Of a DNA stretch of 64,000 bases, positions 50,388 to 59,294 are shown one piece after another. Source of the stretch: an uncultured cyanobacterium (lineage in GTDB: Bacteria; Cyanobacteriota; Cyanobacteriia; PCC-9006; JAAUQQ01); assembly GCA_963718615.1 (NCBI GenBank), contig OY970368.1, forward strand, positions 4,800,001 to 4,864,000. The letters are read 5' to 3'. The translations under genes and the position numbers were made by a program. Under the pieces are notes generated by a model that saw nothing but the letters and a program-made list of their open reading frames with translations, had not been told where the DNA came from and did not search any database. Numbering within the stretch: position 1 is the first letter of the stretch; the number at the start of each line of letters is the position of its first letter.

Positions 50388-50497
50388 TTTTCAGAATAAT
50401 GAGTTTCGGAAAGTGTTAAGAAACACAAACGACAGTAGAACCCTTACTGGACGGTCTTTTCAAGGTTTTTCCTGAATGAAAATCTTGCAATCAAACT

Positions 50498-51829
50498 TTA
50501 CATATCCCGAGTATCTTTTGGGGTTGATTTTCTGCTAGGCAGCATCACTTCAAAACAACTTCCCACGTCAAGCTGACTTTTAGCCCCAATTCTTCCCCCA
50601 TGTTGTTGCACGATCGCCTTGGCGATCGCCAATCCCAAACCACTGCCCCCAGCCCGTCGAGTCCGAGCTTTTTCTGCCCGCCAAAATCGATCGAAAATAA
50701 ATGGCAATTCTGCCGCTGCAATGCCAATCCCCGTATCCTCCACGCGAATCTTGACCCATGCGGGGTCCTGTACCATCGCAATCAAAACATGTCCCCCCGT
50801 GCGATTGTATTGCACGGCGTTCTGCAGCAAATTAGAAAATAAGCGACTGAGCTGAGCGCGATCGCCCATGACAATAGCCGCAAGGCCACTCAGCGTCAGC
50901 GAAACATCCTTGGCCTTGGCCGCTGGCTCTAGCAGCAGCAAAAGCTCCCGCAATAACATTCCTAGGTCCACTACCTCCGATTGCCGAGGCACCACGGTTT
51001 CACCTACGTCCATACGCGCCAAGAGCAGCAGGTCTTCCGCGAGGTAGCTCATTTGGGTCGCAGCGCTGGCGATCGCCCCCAACTTTTTGACGTCCTTAGG
51101 ATGAATCCGCTCGGGATGGTTTTGCATCACATCCACCGAAGCGCGAATGGCCGTAAGGGGACCCCGCAATTCATGGGAGGCATCGGCGGTGAACTGCTTA
51201 AGCTGACGATAGCTGGTTTCGACGGGACGTAGCGATCGCTGGGTCAGCCACAATCCCCCCAAGCCAGCCAATCCCAGGGCCGACAAACCGCCTAGACTCA
51301 ATACTCCAATGAGCTGCTGCTGCAACTGTTGAATATCTTCCAGGGACTGGCTAGCCCGCACATAGCCTTCGAGGGTTGGTTTTTGCCCAGCGACGGGATC
51401 CTTAAATACGGACACCGTGAACGTGCGCACGGGCGCATCATCGGCATTTTCCGTCGGCTGAACAAGGCTCGTAGTATGTGCCCCCATCTCAACAACGACA
51501 GGAAGCTTGAGGGGTCCTGAGGCCACCAATCGCCGTCCTTGAGCATTAAACCACTCCAGGGTTTGGTGGTCCCGATTGAAGATATCCCGCCAGGGTACTT
51601 CGTCCATTTGGGTGAGATAGCGATCGCCCAACACCTGCACCCCACTCAAAGAAGGCGTCGCCGCTTGGGCTAGGGTCATCAGTTTTTTATCCAACTGTTG
51701 GTAGAGGCTGCGACTAAAAAAGGCGTAGACCTCAAGACCCACAAGGCCAAAGATCACAGCCACGACCAAGAGCTGACAAAACAACAGTTGCCAGCGCAAA
51801 CCCTGAAATAAATTACGCATACGTCCCAT
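50498..51829 (-). CDS. Two-TM sensor histidine kinase
   Basis: FTADASHELRGP, NLLQNAVQY, DTGIGI, GSGLGLAI. Confidence 0.95.
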   Translation of the reverse strand: MGRMRNLFQGLRWQLLFCQLLVVAVIFGLVGLEVYAFFSRSLYQQLDKKLMTLAQAATPSLSGVQVLGDRYLTQMDEVPWRDIFNRDHQTLEWFNAQGRRLVASGPLKLPVVVEMGAHTTSLVQPTENADDAPVRTFTVSVFKDPVAGQKPTLEGYVRASQSLEDIQQLQQQLIGVLSLGGLSALGLAGLGGLWLTQRSLRPVETSYRQLKQFTADASHELRGPLTAIRASVDVMQNHPERIHPKDVKKLGAIASAATQMSYLAEDLLLLARMDVGETVVPRQSEVVDLGMLLRELLLLLEPAAKAKDVSLTLSGLAAIVMGDRAQLSRLFSNLLQNAVQYNRTGGHVLIAMVQDPAWVKIRVEDTGIGIAAAELPFIFDRFWRAEKARTRRAGGSGLGLAIAKAIVQQHGGRIGAKSQLDVGSCFEVMLPSRKSTPKDTRDM

Positions 51830-51831
51830 CC

Positions 51832-52584
51832 CTAGGAAACTCCAGCCGGTAACGGTCGCACCGTTGTATCTCGAACCATCGCTTTGGCTGAGGGAAGCTG
51901 ACCTGAGGTCAGGGGATCTGCCTTAAGGCGATAGCCCAAGCCATAGACCGTTGTAATGGGATTGGGGGCTCCGGCGGCTTTGAGCTTTTGGCGAAGGCCC
52001 CGGATATGGGCTTTGACTGTGGCCTCTTCGGGCATGTCTTCGAAGCCCCAAAGGTGATCCAGCAACTGAGTGCGGCTAAAAACGCGACCCGGATGGCGTA
52101 GAAAAAATTCAAGCAAACTGTATTCCTTGGGACTGAGCGCAATCGGGCTGTTTCCCCAACTGACTTCGCAGGTGCTAGGGTCGAGCCGTAACACTCCCCA
52201 TTCAAGAACTGGCGGCAAGGTTGTTTCGCCCCGCCGGACCAGGGCGCGAATCCGGGCAGACAGTTCTTGTAATGCAAACGGCTTCACCAGATAGTCATCG
52301 GCCCCCGCATCCAGACCTAAAACGCGATCGGAAACCGTATCCTTTGCCGTCAACATGAGAATGGGCAATGTATATCCCGCCGTTCGCAGTCGCTGGCACA
52401 ACTCAATACCATCAATCCCCGGCAACATCACATCCAAAAGCATCAGATCGTAGGTATAGGTTTCCAGTAACGCCCACCCCGCCGCGCCATCTAACGCCAC
52501 TTCAACCACATGATTTTGATCCGCTAGATCTTCAGCCAACGCATCGGCAATCCGCTCATCGTCCTCGACTAAGAGAATCCGCAT
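51832..52584 (-). CDS. OmpR-family response regulator
   Basis: LLVEDD, LDVMLP, ADDYLVKPF, TVYGLGY. Confidence 0.96.
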   Translation of the reverse strand: MRILLVEDDERIADALAEDLADQNHVVEVALDGAAGWALLETYTYDLMLLDVMLPGIDGIELCQRLRTAGYTLPILMLTAKDTVSDRVLGLDAGADDYLVKPFALQELSARIRALVRRGETTLPPVLEWGVLRLDPSTCEVSWGNSPIALSPKEYSLLEFFLRHPGRVFSRTQLLDHLWGFEDMPEEATVKAHIRGLRQKLKAAGAPNPITTVYGLGYRLKADPLTSGQLPSAKAMVRDTTVRPLPAGVS

Positions 52585-52704
52585 TGCTCTGCCTCCTGAA
52601 TTCGTCCCTAGGGGGCAATCTGGACGATCGCCCCCTAGGCTTAGTAAATCTCTTTCTTTGACGAAAATTTTAGGTCAGAGTTCCGCGATCGCCCCAAACA
52701 CCCA

Positions 52705-53577
52705 TCAGGCAGACCTCGGAGTGGTCAACACAGGTGCTTGGCTCGGGGGCTGAAGCGGAGCAATCGGTTGAGCAGTGACAGTCCGAAGGACGGGAGACTG
52801 TTCCATCTCGTAGGCAAACGGAATGGTCGTACCACTAATGGATTTAGAGGCCCTAGAGGCCAGGAAAATGCACAGATCTGGGACCAAAACCGCTGAGAGC
52901 AGCGGCAGCGGCTGCGCCGGGGCAGGCTGGGGTAGCCATCCCGTCAGCGTCAGCCATTCTGGGCTGCGAAGACGCAGTTCCGACTGCTGGGTCTGGGGCT
53001 GAGTCTGGGTCTGTTTTTGGATCGAACAGATATTATTTACCCGAACCCCGTATTGGGCCTGCTCCTGGGAAACTTGTTGGACCAAGCTGTGGCACCAAGC
53101 TCGCAACGCCACCGCGCCCGAAGCATGGCAAGGTCTCTCTTCTAAGGAGCGCTCAATCCCTAGCAGCACGATACTGCCTCGACTCGCCTGGAGCTGGGGC
53201 ATGCCATATTTCAATAACAGAAGCGTTGCCTTCATGCTGTCAAAGGTGTTGCTGGCTTCTTCCAGGGGATAGGTTTGAAGCGTAGGCGCGGAGTAGGCTT
53301 CCATCCCCGCCAAAATGGCATCCAAACGACCCGATCGCTCGATAATGCCATCGAGACAGGCGATCGCATCCGTCGGTTTTTGCAGCGGCCCGGTGTAGGC
53401 CCAGGCTTTTGCCCCTTGACGACGCAGCAGCCCCACCACCGTTCGACTCCAGCTTTCGGAGTGAGAGTGAATGGCGATCGAGGCTCCTTCGGCGGCCAGT
53501 TTGAGGGCAACTTTGGTTTGGACCGGAATTTCAGCGCCGGTCAGCAAGACTACTTTGCCTTCTAGTTTGCGAATCAT
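52705..53577 (-). CDS. Degenerate SDR-family oxidoreductase
   Basis: LEGKVVLLTGA, GRLDAI, YGVRVNNI, FLAS; no GxxxGxG or YxxxK. Confidence 0.75.
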   Translation of the reverse strand: MIRKLEGKVVLLTGAEIPVQTKVALKLAAEGASIAIHSHSESWSRTVVGLLRRQGAKAWAYTGPLQKPTDAIACLDGIIERSGRLDAILAGMEAYSAPTLQTYPLEEASNTFDSMKATLLLLKYGMPQLQASRGSIVLLGIERSLEERPCHASGAVALRAWCHSLVQQVSQEQAQYGVRVNNICSIQKQTQTQPQTQQSELRLRSPEWLTLTGWLPQPAPAQPLPLLSAVLVPDLCIFLASRASKSISGTTIPFAYEMEQSPVLRTVTAQPIAPLQPPSQAPVLTTPRSA

Positions 53578-53742
53578 AGCTTCAGTCCTCTTAATGACTG
53601 GTGTTAGCGCAACTTTATTAGCGTTGAGGCCGTGTGAGTGAGTGATTTGGCCCGCGTTAAGCTAACGTCTTCTCCCGGTATGGTAGACCGCAAATGTAAA
53701 GATGTTGATAAGAAAAGATTGGCATTGTTAGGATTTCCCTAA

Positions 53743-53784
53743 CAAAAACCCCAGACGTTCGACCGAATCGCGAACGGCTGGGGA
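53743..53784 (-). terminator. Terminator after bicA
   Basis: CCCCAG..CGTTCG / CGAACG..CTGGGG stem with A5 on plus. Confidence 0.65.
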
Positions 53785-53819
53785 TAAATCAAGTGCTGGA
53801 AGCCCAGATGAGAAATGGA

Positions 53820-55556
53820 TTAACCCGTAACGGGTCCAAAATCGGTTGGGGTTGTAGGAGTTCCTGTTGTGATGGTTGCATCCACAAGATTATCCGCCTC
53901 TAATTCGGGCGTCTGACCGAGGAAATAGAGCGATCGCGATAGCGCTTCCTCCCGACTGTAGGTAATATTTTCCGCCGGAATTTGCCCCCAAATCTTCAGC
54001 TTCTTCAATCGCTGCAACACCTTACCCCCTGCACCCACAATCAAAACCTGGCGTTTGGCATCGAGAGCCTCTTGGATGGCATTTTCCAATGCCAAGGAGG
54101 CGGTAACCCCCAAATGGGAGACATCTTGCAGATCAAGAATCAACACTTTATTTTGATCAATTACCGCATGCTCACGGGAAATGGTTTTGGCCACGCCAAA
54201 AATCATCGGACCACTGAGCTGAAGCAACAGCACCTGCCCCTGGGCTTGGTTGAGCAAGGACTTTTCTTGGGGCGTCAGGCGAATTTCGTCGTCCGCCACG
54301 GTAATGGCTTTCACCTCCTTCGAACGAATTTCAGTCAAGCGCTCAATTGTCAAAATATTGGCCACGAACACCCCAACACCGACTGCCGCGATCAAGTCAA
54401 CGAACACAGTCAGAGCAATCACACCATAGAGAATAAACGCAGCTTTCCAAGACAGGCGATGGGCACGCTTCAAAAATCCCCAATCGACGATATCTAGACC
54501 CACCTTAAAGGCAATCCCCGAAAGCACTGCCAGAGGAATGGGCTCCGTAAGATTAGCAGCCCCTAAAATGACAACAAGCAAAATGCCCGCCCGAGCCAGA
54601 CCCGAGAGCGCCGTTTGGGCACCCGCTTGAATATTGACCACCGTGCCCATCGTGGCACCGGCACCGGGCAACCCCCCCAGCAAACCCGACATCAGGTTGC
54701 CAATACCTTGACCCACCAGCTCTTTATCAGAATTATGTTGTGTACGGGTGAGGCTGTCCGCAACCACAGAGGTCAGCAGCGCATCAATACAGCCCAGCAT
54801 CGCCAAAACCAACGCATCTACCACAATCAACTGTAGGTCCGCCGCTGTAAAAAAGGGCAAGTTCAGCGAGGGCAGGGCATTGGGGATTTCGGCAATGCGA
54901 CGAATATCCACGCCAGGGAACAGGAACAAGGACAACACCGTTCCCACAATCAAGGCCAGCAACTGAGGCGGCACGATGCGCTTGAAGCGCGAGGGGGTGA
55001 AGAATAAAATGGCAATGCTGATGCCCCCCAGCACTAGCTCCGGCACCTGAATATTCAAGAGAAATTCCGGCAGCTGACCGAGGGTCCCGAGCACGCCCCC
55101 CTTCGGGTTGGCATAGCCCAACAGCGGTGCGAGTTGCAGCACCATCAGAATAATCCCGATTCCCGACATAAAGCCCGAAATGACGGTATAGGGCATCTGG
55201 GTGATATATCGCCCTAGCTTCAAAAACCCAAATAAAATTTGGAACACTCCCGCTAACATCACCACGGTGAAGGCCATGGCCATCCCATTGTCCGCATCTC
55301 GGGCAAGGAGATCCGCCACAATGGTCGTAAAGACCACAGTCATCGGCCCTGTGGGCTCCGAAATCAGCGTCGGCGTACCGCCAAATAGGGCGGCAAAAAA
55401 ACCAATGATAATCGCACCATACAAACCAGCAACTGCTCCAGCGCCGGAGGTGATGCCGAAGGTGAGTGCCATGGGTAGCGCAATCACAGCGGCGGTAACA
55501 CCGCCGAAGAGATCACCCTTGACGTTGCGCAGATGAATCGTATTCGTAATTGACAT
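53820..55556 (-). CDS. bicA: SulP-family Na+-dependent bicarbonate transporter BicA
   Basis: GDLFGGVTAAVIALPMAL, LISEPTGPMTV, GAGATMGTVVNIQ, C-terminal STAS domain. Confidence 0.93.
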   Translation of the reverse strand: MSITNTIHLRNVKGDLFGGVTAAVIALPMALTFGITSGAGAVAGLYGAIIIGFFAALFGGTPTLISEPTGPMTVVFTTIVADLLARDADNGMAMAFTVVMLAGVFQILFGFLKLGRYITQMPYTVISGFMSGIGIILMVLQLAPLLGYANPKGGVLGTLGQLPEFLLNIQVPELVLGGISIAILFFTPSRFKRIVPPQLLALIVGTVLSLFLFPGVDIRRIAEIPNALPSLNLPFFTAADLQLIVVDALVLAMLGCIDALLTSVVADSLTRTQHNSDKELVGQGIGNLMSGLLGGLPGAGATMGTVVNIQAGAQTALSGLARAGILLVVILGAANLTEPIPLAVLSGIAFKVGLDIVDWGFLKRAHRLSWKAAFILYGVIALTVFVDLIAAVGVGVFVANILTIERLTEIRSKEVKAITVADDEIRLTPQEKSLLNQAQGQVLLLQLSGPMIFGVAKTISREHAVIDQNKVLILDLQDVSHLGVTASLALENAIQEALDAKRQVLIVGAGGKVLQRLKKLKIWGQIPAENITYSREEALSRSLYFLGQTPELEADNLVDATITTGTPTTPTDFGPVTG

Positions 55557-55788
55557 AATGCAAGGACAGTGAGGTACACCGTAACTCTGGCGGCAAGACG
55601 AGATGTCTTAGCCCTGAAATCTATGCAAGATTAAAAAATGATTGAAATTAGTCTATCTGTAAACCGACGAGCTGTAACCGATCGCGACGGTTTGAATAAT
55701 TGTAATTCCCTATCATTAAAGATGGAATTTAGTTATTAAACGATCAAACGACTTCTGTCCTGCAAGCTGGCTGGCTGAAAACTCAGGG

Positions 55789-56325
55789 CTAAAGCTCTGT
55801 CATCGTGCCTAAATACTTGGTCACAGGAAAATCCTGGGCGGCATCATCCCAAAATTCATCGGTTTTGAGGTAGGCGGGGTAAACCGTGAGCGATCGCGCC
55901 ACATCTCGCTCCACCCAAGCCGCTTCGACAATCGTCAGGGCATCGGTAGCATCAGCGGGCAAATGGTCGAGGCTGATCTGACCGCTGACTGCATCCACGG
56001 GCATGTAAAACGCCACGTGCTGAATTTGATGAATCTCATCACGAAACTCGTGAATATAAGCTACACGGGATAGCTCCACCGTCAGACCCGATTCTTCCTT
56101 GGCCTCTCGACGAGCACAGTCAAAAATGGAATGATCCTCGGGTTCTAAACCACCGCCGGGGGGTAGCCAAATTATTTTTCCAGGGCGAGATTTAGAGCGA
56201 TGCTTAACGAGCAAAATTTCCTGGGGAGACTCGAAAGCCCGTACAATCAAGGCCGCAGCCCGAACACGATGACGCATATTTTCTAAGACTTCTCTAAGGC
56301 TTCTCTGAGACTTTCCCCTTGGCAT
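55789..56325 (-). CDS. NUDIX hydrolase
   Basis: PGGGLE..ARREAKEESGL Nudix box. Confidence 0.9.
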   Translation of the reverse strand: MPRGKSQRSLREVLENMRHRVRAAALIVRAFESPQEILLVKHRSKSRPGKIIWLPPGGGLEPEDHSIFDCARREAKEESGLTVELSRVAYIHEFRDEIHQIQHVAFYMPVDAVSGQISLDHLPADATDALTIVEAAWVERDVARSLTVYPAYLKTDEFWDDAAQDFPVTKYLGTMTEL

Positions 56326-56438
56326 CTCTAATTATAGGGTTGGAGAGCGATGGCAAGGGTGCTTTGGCCCTCGGCAGGCAAGCAAGCTATGATGAGAACA
56401 ACGTTTTTTCAGTTCTTTGCAGCTCTGCATCAATTCCC

Positions 56439-57314
56439 ATGGTTTCTTTGCCCGTCTCGTTCCAAGAGGAAGAAAATCGTCCCACCCCCTATCCCCAAGG
56501 CTCCGAAGAAAACCGTGCCCTAGACTGGCCTACTGAGGCAAAAATTACCGTCCGGGCCAAGCTGGTGGGGGAGCGGCTGATTCTCAAGACCCTAGAAACG
56601 ACGGATCCTTTGGCAACTAATCCACTGATTGTTAAGGCCGGTGATGCGGGCTGTGCAGTCCTTTTGCGCTACGGAGTCGTGGTGCTCTTCAACCTGACGT
56701 CGATGGAAGAGGCCAGTTTTCTAGAAACGCTTAGGCCCTTTATCAAAGAACCGAAGTCTGACAAGGCGTACGAGCAACTGACGATCGGTTTTGATTCCCA
56801 GGTGAAAGAACGACTCGATCGCGATATTCTCTGGCTGCGGGACAGCACGGTGGAGCGCTTGCAGGTACTAGCGGAAGCTTTGGCCAAAAGCGTGGTTTTG
56901 GAATATTACGAAAATCAGGTGGCGGGGGTGTTCGATCGCATCCAATCCTTCGCCGATGCCATCCAAGACCAACCGGGCGTGCGCCGTCCCAAAAACCAGG
57001 AGCTACTGCGCCAAATTGGCGGCACGCTGCTGATCCAGCACAAAATGGTGGGAATGGTCCAGGTGGGAGAAAAACCAGATCCCATTTGGGATCGTCCGGA
57101 GCTCGATCGCCTTTATTTACGGCTTGAAGATGAATACGAGCTGCGGGAGCGACTGCTGGCCCTAGAACGCAAGCTGTCGTTGGTCTCGAAAACCGCAGAA
57201 ACGGCCTTAGAGTTGCTCCAGCACGATAGTAGCCACCGGGTGGAGTGGTACATCGTGATTTTGATTGTGGTGGAGATTTTGCTGTCAGTGTATGAGCTTT
57301 GGATTAAGGGGTAA
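56439..57314 (+). CDS. RMD1 (DUF155) family protein
   Basis: RYGVVVLFN, LAKSVVLEYYE, YELRER, VEWYIVILI; ATG 56439 preferred. Confidence 0.88.
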   Translation: MVSLPVSFQEEENRPTPYPQGSEENRALDWPTEAKITVRAKLVGERLILKTLETTDPLATNPLIVKAGDAGCAVLLRYGVVVLFNLTSMEEASFLETLRPFIKEPKSDKAYEQLTIGFDSQVKERLDRDILWLRDSTVERLQVLAEALAKSVVLEYYENQVAGVFDRIQSFADAIQDQPGVRRPKNQELLRQIGGTLLIQHKMVGMVQVGEKPDPIWDRPELDRLYLRLEDEYELRERLLALERKLSLVSKTAETALELLQHDSSHRVEWYIVILIVVEILLSVYELWIKG

Positions 57315-57322
57315 TCTCCCCC

Positions 57323-57354
57323 TTGACTCTCTAGTCGACAGGAGAGTCTACCAT
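57323..57354 (+). promoter_or_regulatory. MerR/CueR-type promoter with dyad operator
   Basis: TTGACT-20 bp-TACCAT; dyad ACTCTC-TA-GTCGAC-AG-GAGAGT spans the spacer. Confidence 0.8.
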
Positions 57355-57384
57355 GACGGGGTAGATTCTTTTGGCTAAACTTCT

Positions 57385-58434
57385 ATGACAATGCTAGGCT
57401 CTCGCAGTCTTTTACCCAATATCGTTTTTCCTTTTATCGCCTATCTATTATTGTTTGTCGGTATGGGCCTGATCGCAGGCTCTGTTGTCCATATGGGCGA
57501 GATCTCGCAAATCTCGCGCTACATCGCGATCGGATCCGTGGGCATGGTGATGTTCGTCGTGGGATCTTACTGGCAAGAGATTCATATTAACCCCAAACAG
57601 TTGCCCAGACAAGAGTTGTTGCGCTACGTGCTGTGGTCTCTGCTCCTAGCCGTGGGCATTGGCATGATCAGCGGGGGCACCCAGCATTTCCTTGATTTTC
57701 CAATATACGCCAGTTTTCTGCTACCAGGCGGGTTGTTTCTAGCCATCGCCGCCTATGTATTGCGCAGCCATCTAAAGCTGTCTTTTAAGGCTTGGAATCT
57801 CTTGTTAGTCGGGACCTTGGCGATCGCCCTGCCGCTCTTCCTCGGCCTCAGTCACTACGCCCACACTCTCCCTAGCGGAACGGGCCATGGTCACGGAGCC
57901 CATGGGCAAACTGAATCCATGCAGAGTGCCTTGCCTGCATCTAGCGAACATTCTTCTAGTGCACACAGCGCTATGGTAGCTATTGCCAGCGATCGCGATT
58001 TCCTGCTAGAGATGATCCCCCACCATCAAGAAGCTGTCGATACCTCTGCCTATTTACTCACTCGAACCTCTGACCCAGCGCTCAAAACCTTTGTGCAAAG
58101 CGTTATTCAGGTCCAATCCCAAGAGGTGGAACAGATGAAACAGTGGTATCAGCAATGGATAGGCCAACCCTATGCCCCTGTTGGAACCTACAGGCCCATG
58201 ATGTCTAACTTGCCCAAAGCCGAAGGTCCTGCCTTAGAAAACGCTTATTTACAAGGAATGATTGTCCATCACCAAGGGGCGATCGCCATGGCCCAACAGA
58301 TCCAACCCTTATCTCAACGACCCGAACTGCTGCAATTTGCCCAGGGAATTATTCAAACTCAAAGTCAGGAAGTCAGCCAATTGGAACATTGGCTGGGCGA
58401 TCGCCAAATAGGGCAAGGAATACATCAGCATTGA
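57385..58434 (+). CDS. DUF305 (CopM-like) domain protein with N-terminal multi-TM domain and His-rich linker
   Basis: MIPHHQEAV and MIVHHQGAI repeats; about five TM helices; HGHGAHG. Confidence 0.88.
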   Translation: MTMLGSRSLLPNIVFPFIAYLLLFVGMGLIAGSVVHMGEISQISRYIAIGSVGMVMFVVGSYWQEIHINPKQLPRQELLRYVLWSLLLAVGIGMISGGTQHFLDFPIYASFLLPGGLFLAIAAYVLRSHLKLSFKAWNLLLVGTLAIALPLFLGLSHYAHTLPSGTGHGHGAHGQTESMQSALPASSEHSSSAHSAMVAIASDRDFLLEMIPHHQEAVDTSAYLLTRTSDPALKTFVQSVIQVQSQEVEQMKQWYQQWIGQPYAPVGTYRPMMSNLPKAEGPALENAYLQGMIVHHQGAIAMAQQIQPLSQRPELLQFAQGIIQTQSQEVSQLEHWLGDRQIGQGIHQH

Positions 58435-58485
58435 GAGGGTGCAGCAGACAAAGCTGGTACAAGGAAACACCAATCAACGGAAGGA

Positions 58486-58932
58486 TTACAACTCACTCGC
58501 AACACGACCCTGATCATCTGAGTTCAAGCGTTGCAGGGCCTGTAGTCGTTGCTGAGCCAACACAAAAGTAGGATCTAGTTTCAAGACTTGCTCATAGGCT
58601 GCACCTGCTTCCGATAGTTGTTTCAGCATGGTTAGTGCATGGCCGAGGTTTAGGTAGGCGGTCTTAAATTGGGGATCGAGCTTGAGGGCCTGTTGATAGG
58701 CGGCGATCGCCTCTGCCCATTTTCCCTGATTTCCCAGGGCAATGCCAAGGTTGTAGTGAGCCACGGGATTGCGCGGGTCGGTTTGTAGAATCGATCGCCA
58801 CAACGACTCGGCCTCCTGATATAACACCGCTTCTTGGATGGGCTCAGCGGCAAGGTCCTGGGCACAAACCACCAGAGGAGTAGTAGACCAGACTAGCAAT
58901 GCAAGAGAAATTACGAGGGGAAGTCCTTTCAT
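58486..58932 (-). CDS. Secreted TPR protein
   Basis: Signal peptide; AHYNLGIAL, AYLNLGHAL repeats. Confidence 0.88.
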   Translation of the reverse strand: MKGLPLVISLALLVWSTTPLVVCAQDLAAEPIQEAVLYQEAESLWRSILQTDPRNPVAHYNLGIALGNQGKWAEAIAAYQQALKLDPQFKTAYLNLGHALTMLKQLSEAGAAYEQVLKLDPTFVLAQQRLQALQRLNSDDQGRVASEL

Positions 58933-59294
58933 GATTCAGACGCAGAAATCAGTGGAAGCCAAAAAGGAGTGATGCAGGTTCTAACGCTTCTTTCGTCTGA
59001 ACTGGGCAAACCTATGCAGCCTGTTTTCAGATCGCGAGTGCCTGATAACGATAGGGGGCGAAAATTCATGATTCCTTCAATTTTGCCAAGCCCCTAAGAA
59101 TGGGAATATTGGCTCTTATTCAGCCCATACCGAGAGGCAAGCGCTAACGCTTTTCGCTCCCGGAGGTAGCTTCCTATAGACTGCACAGAAGTAGACGCAA
59201 GATAACTTTGCGCTCGGATGAAAAGCCGGTCTCGTAAGGGATACAGGAATCTACAGGCGATCGGAATTGTATTTCGGCAGACTTTATCAAAACT

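Noticed and set aside
55560-55780. NdhR/CcmR operator upstream of bicA
   Set aside because: AT-rich but no convincing match found by eye
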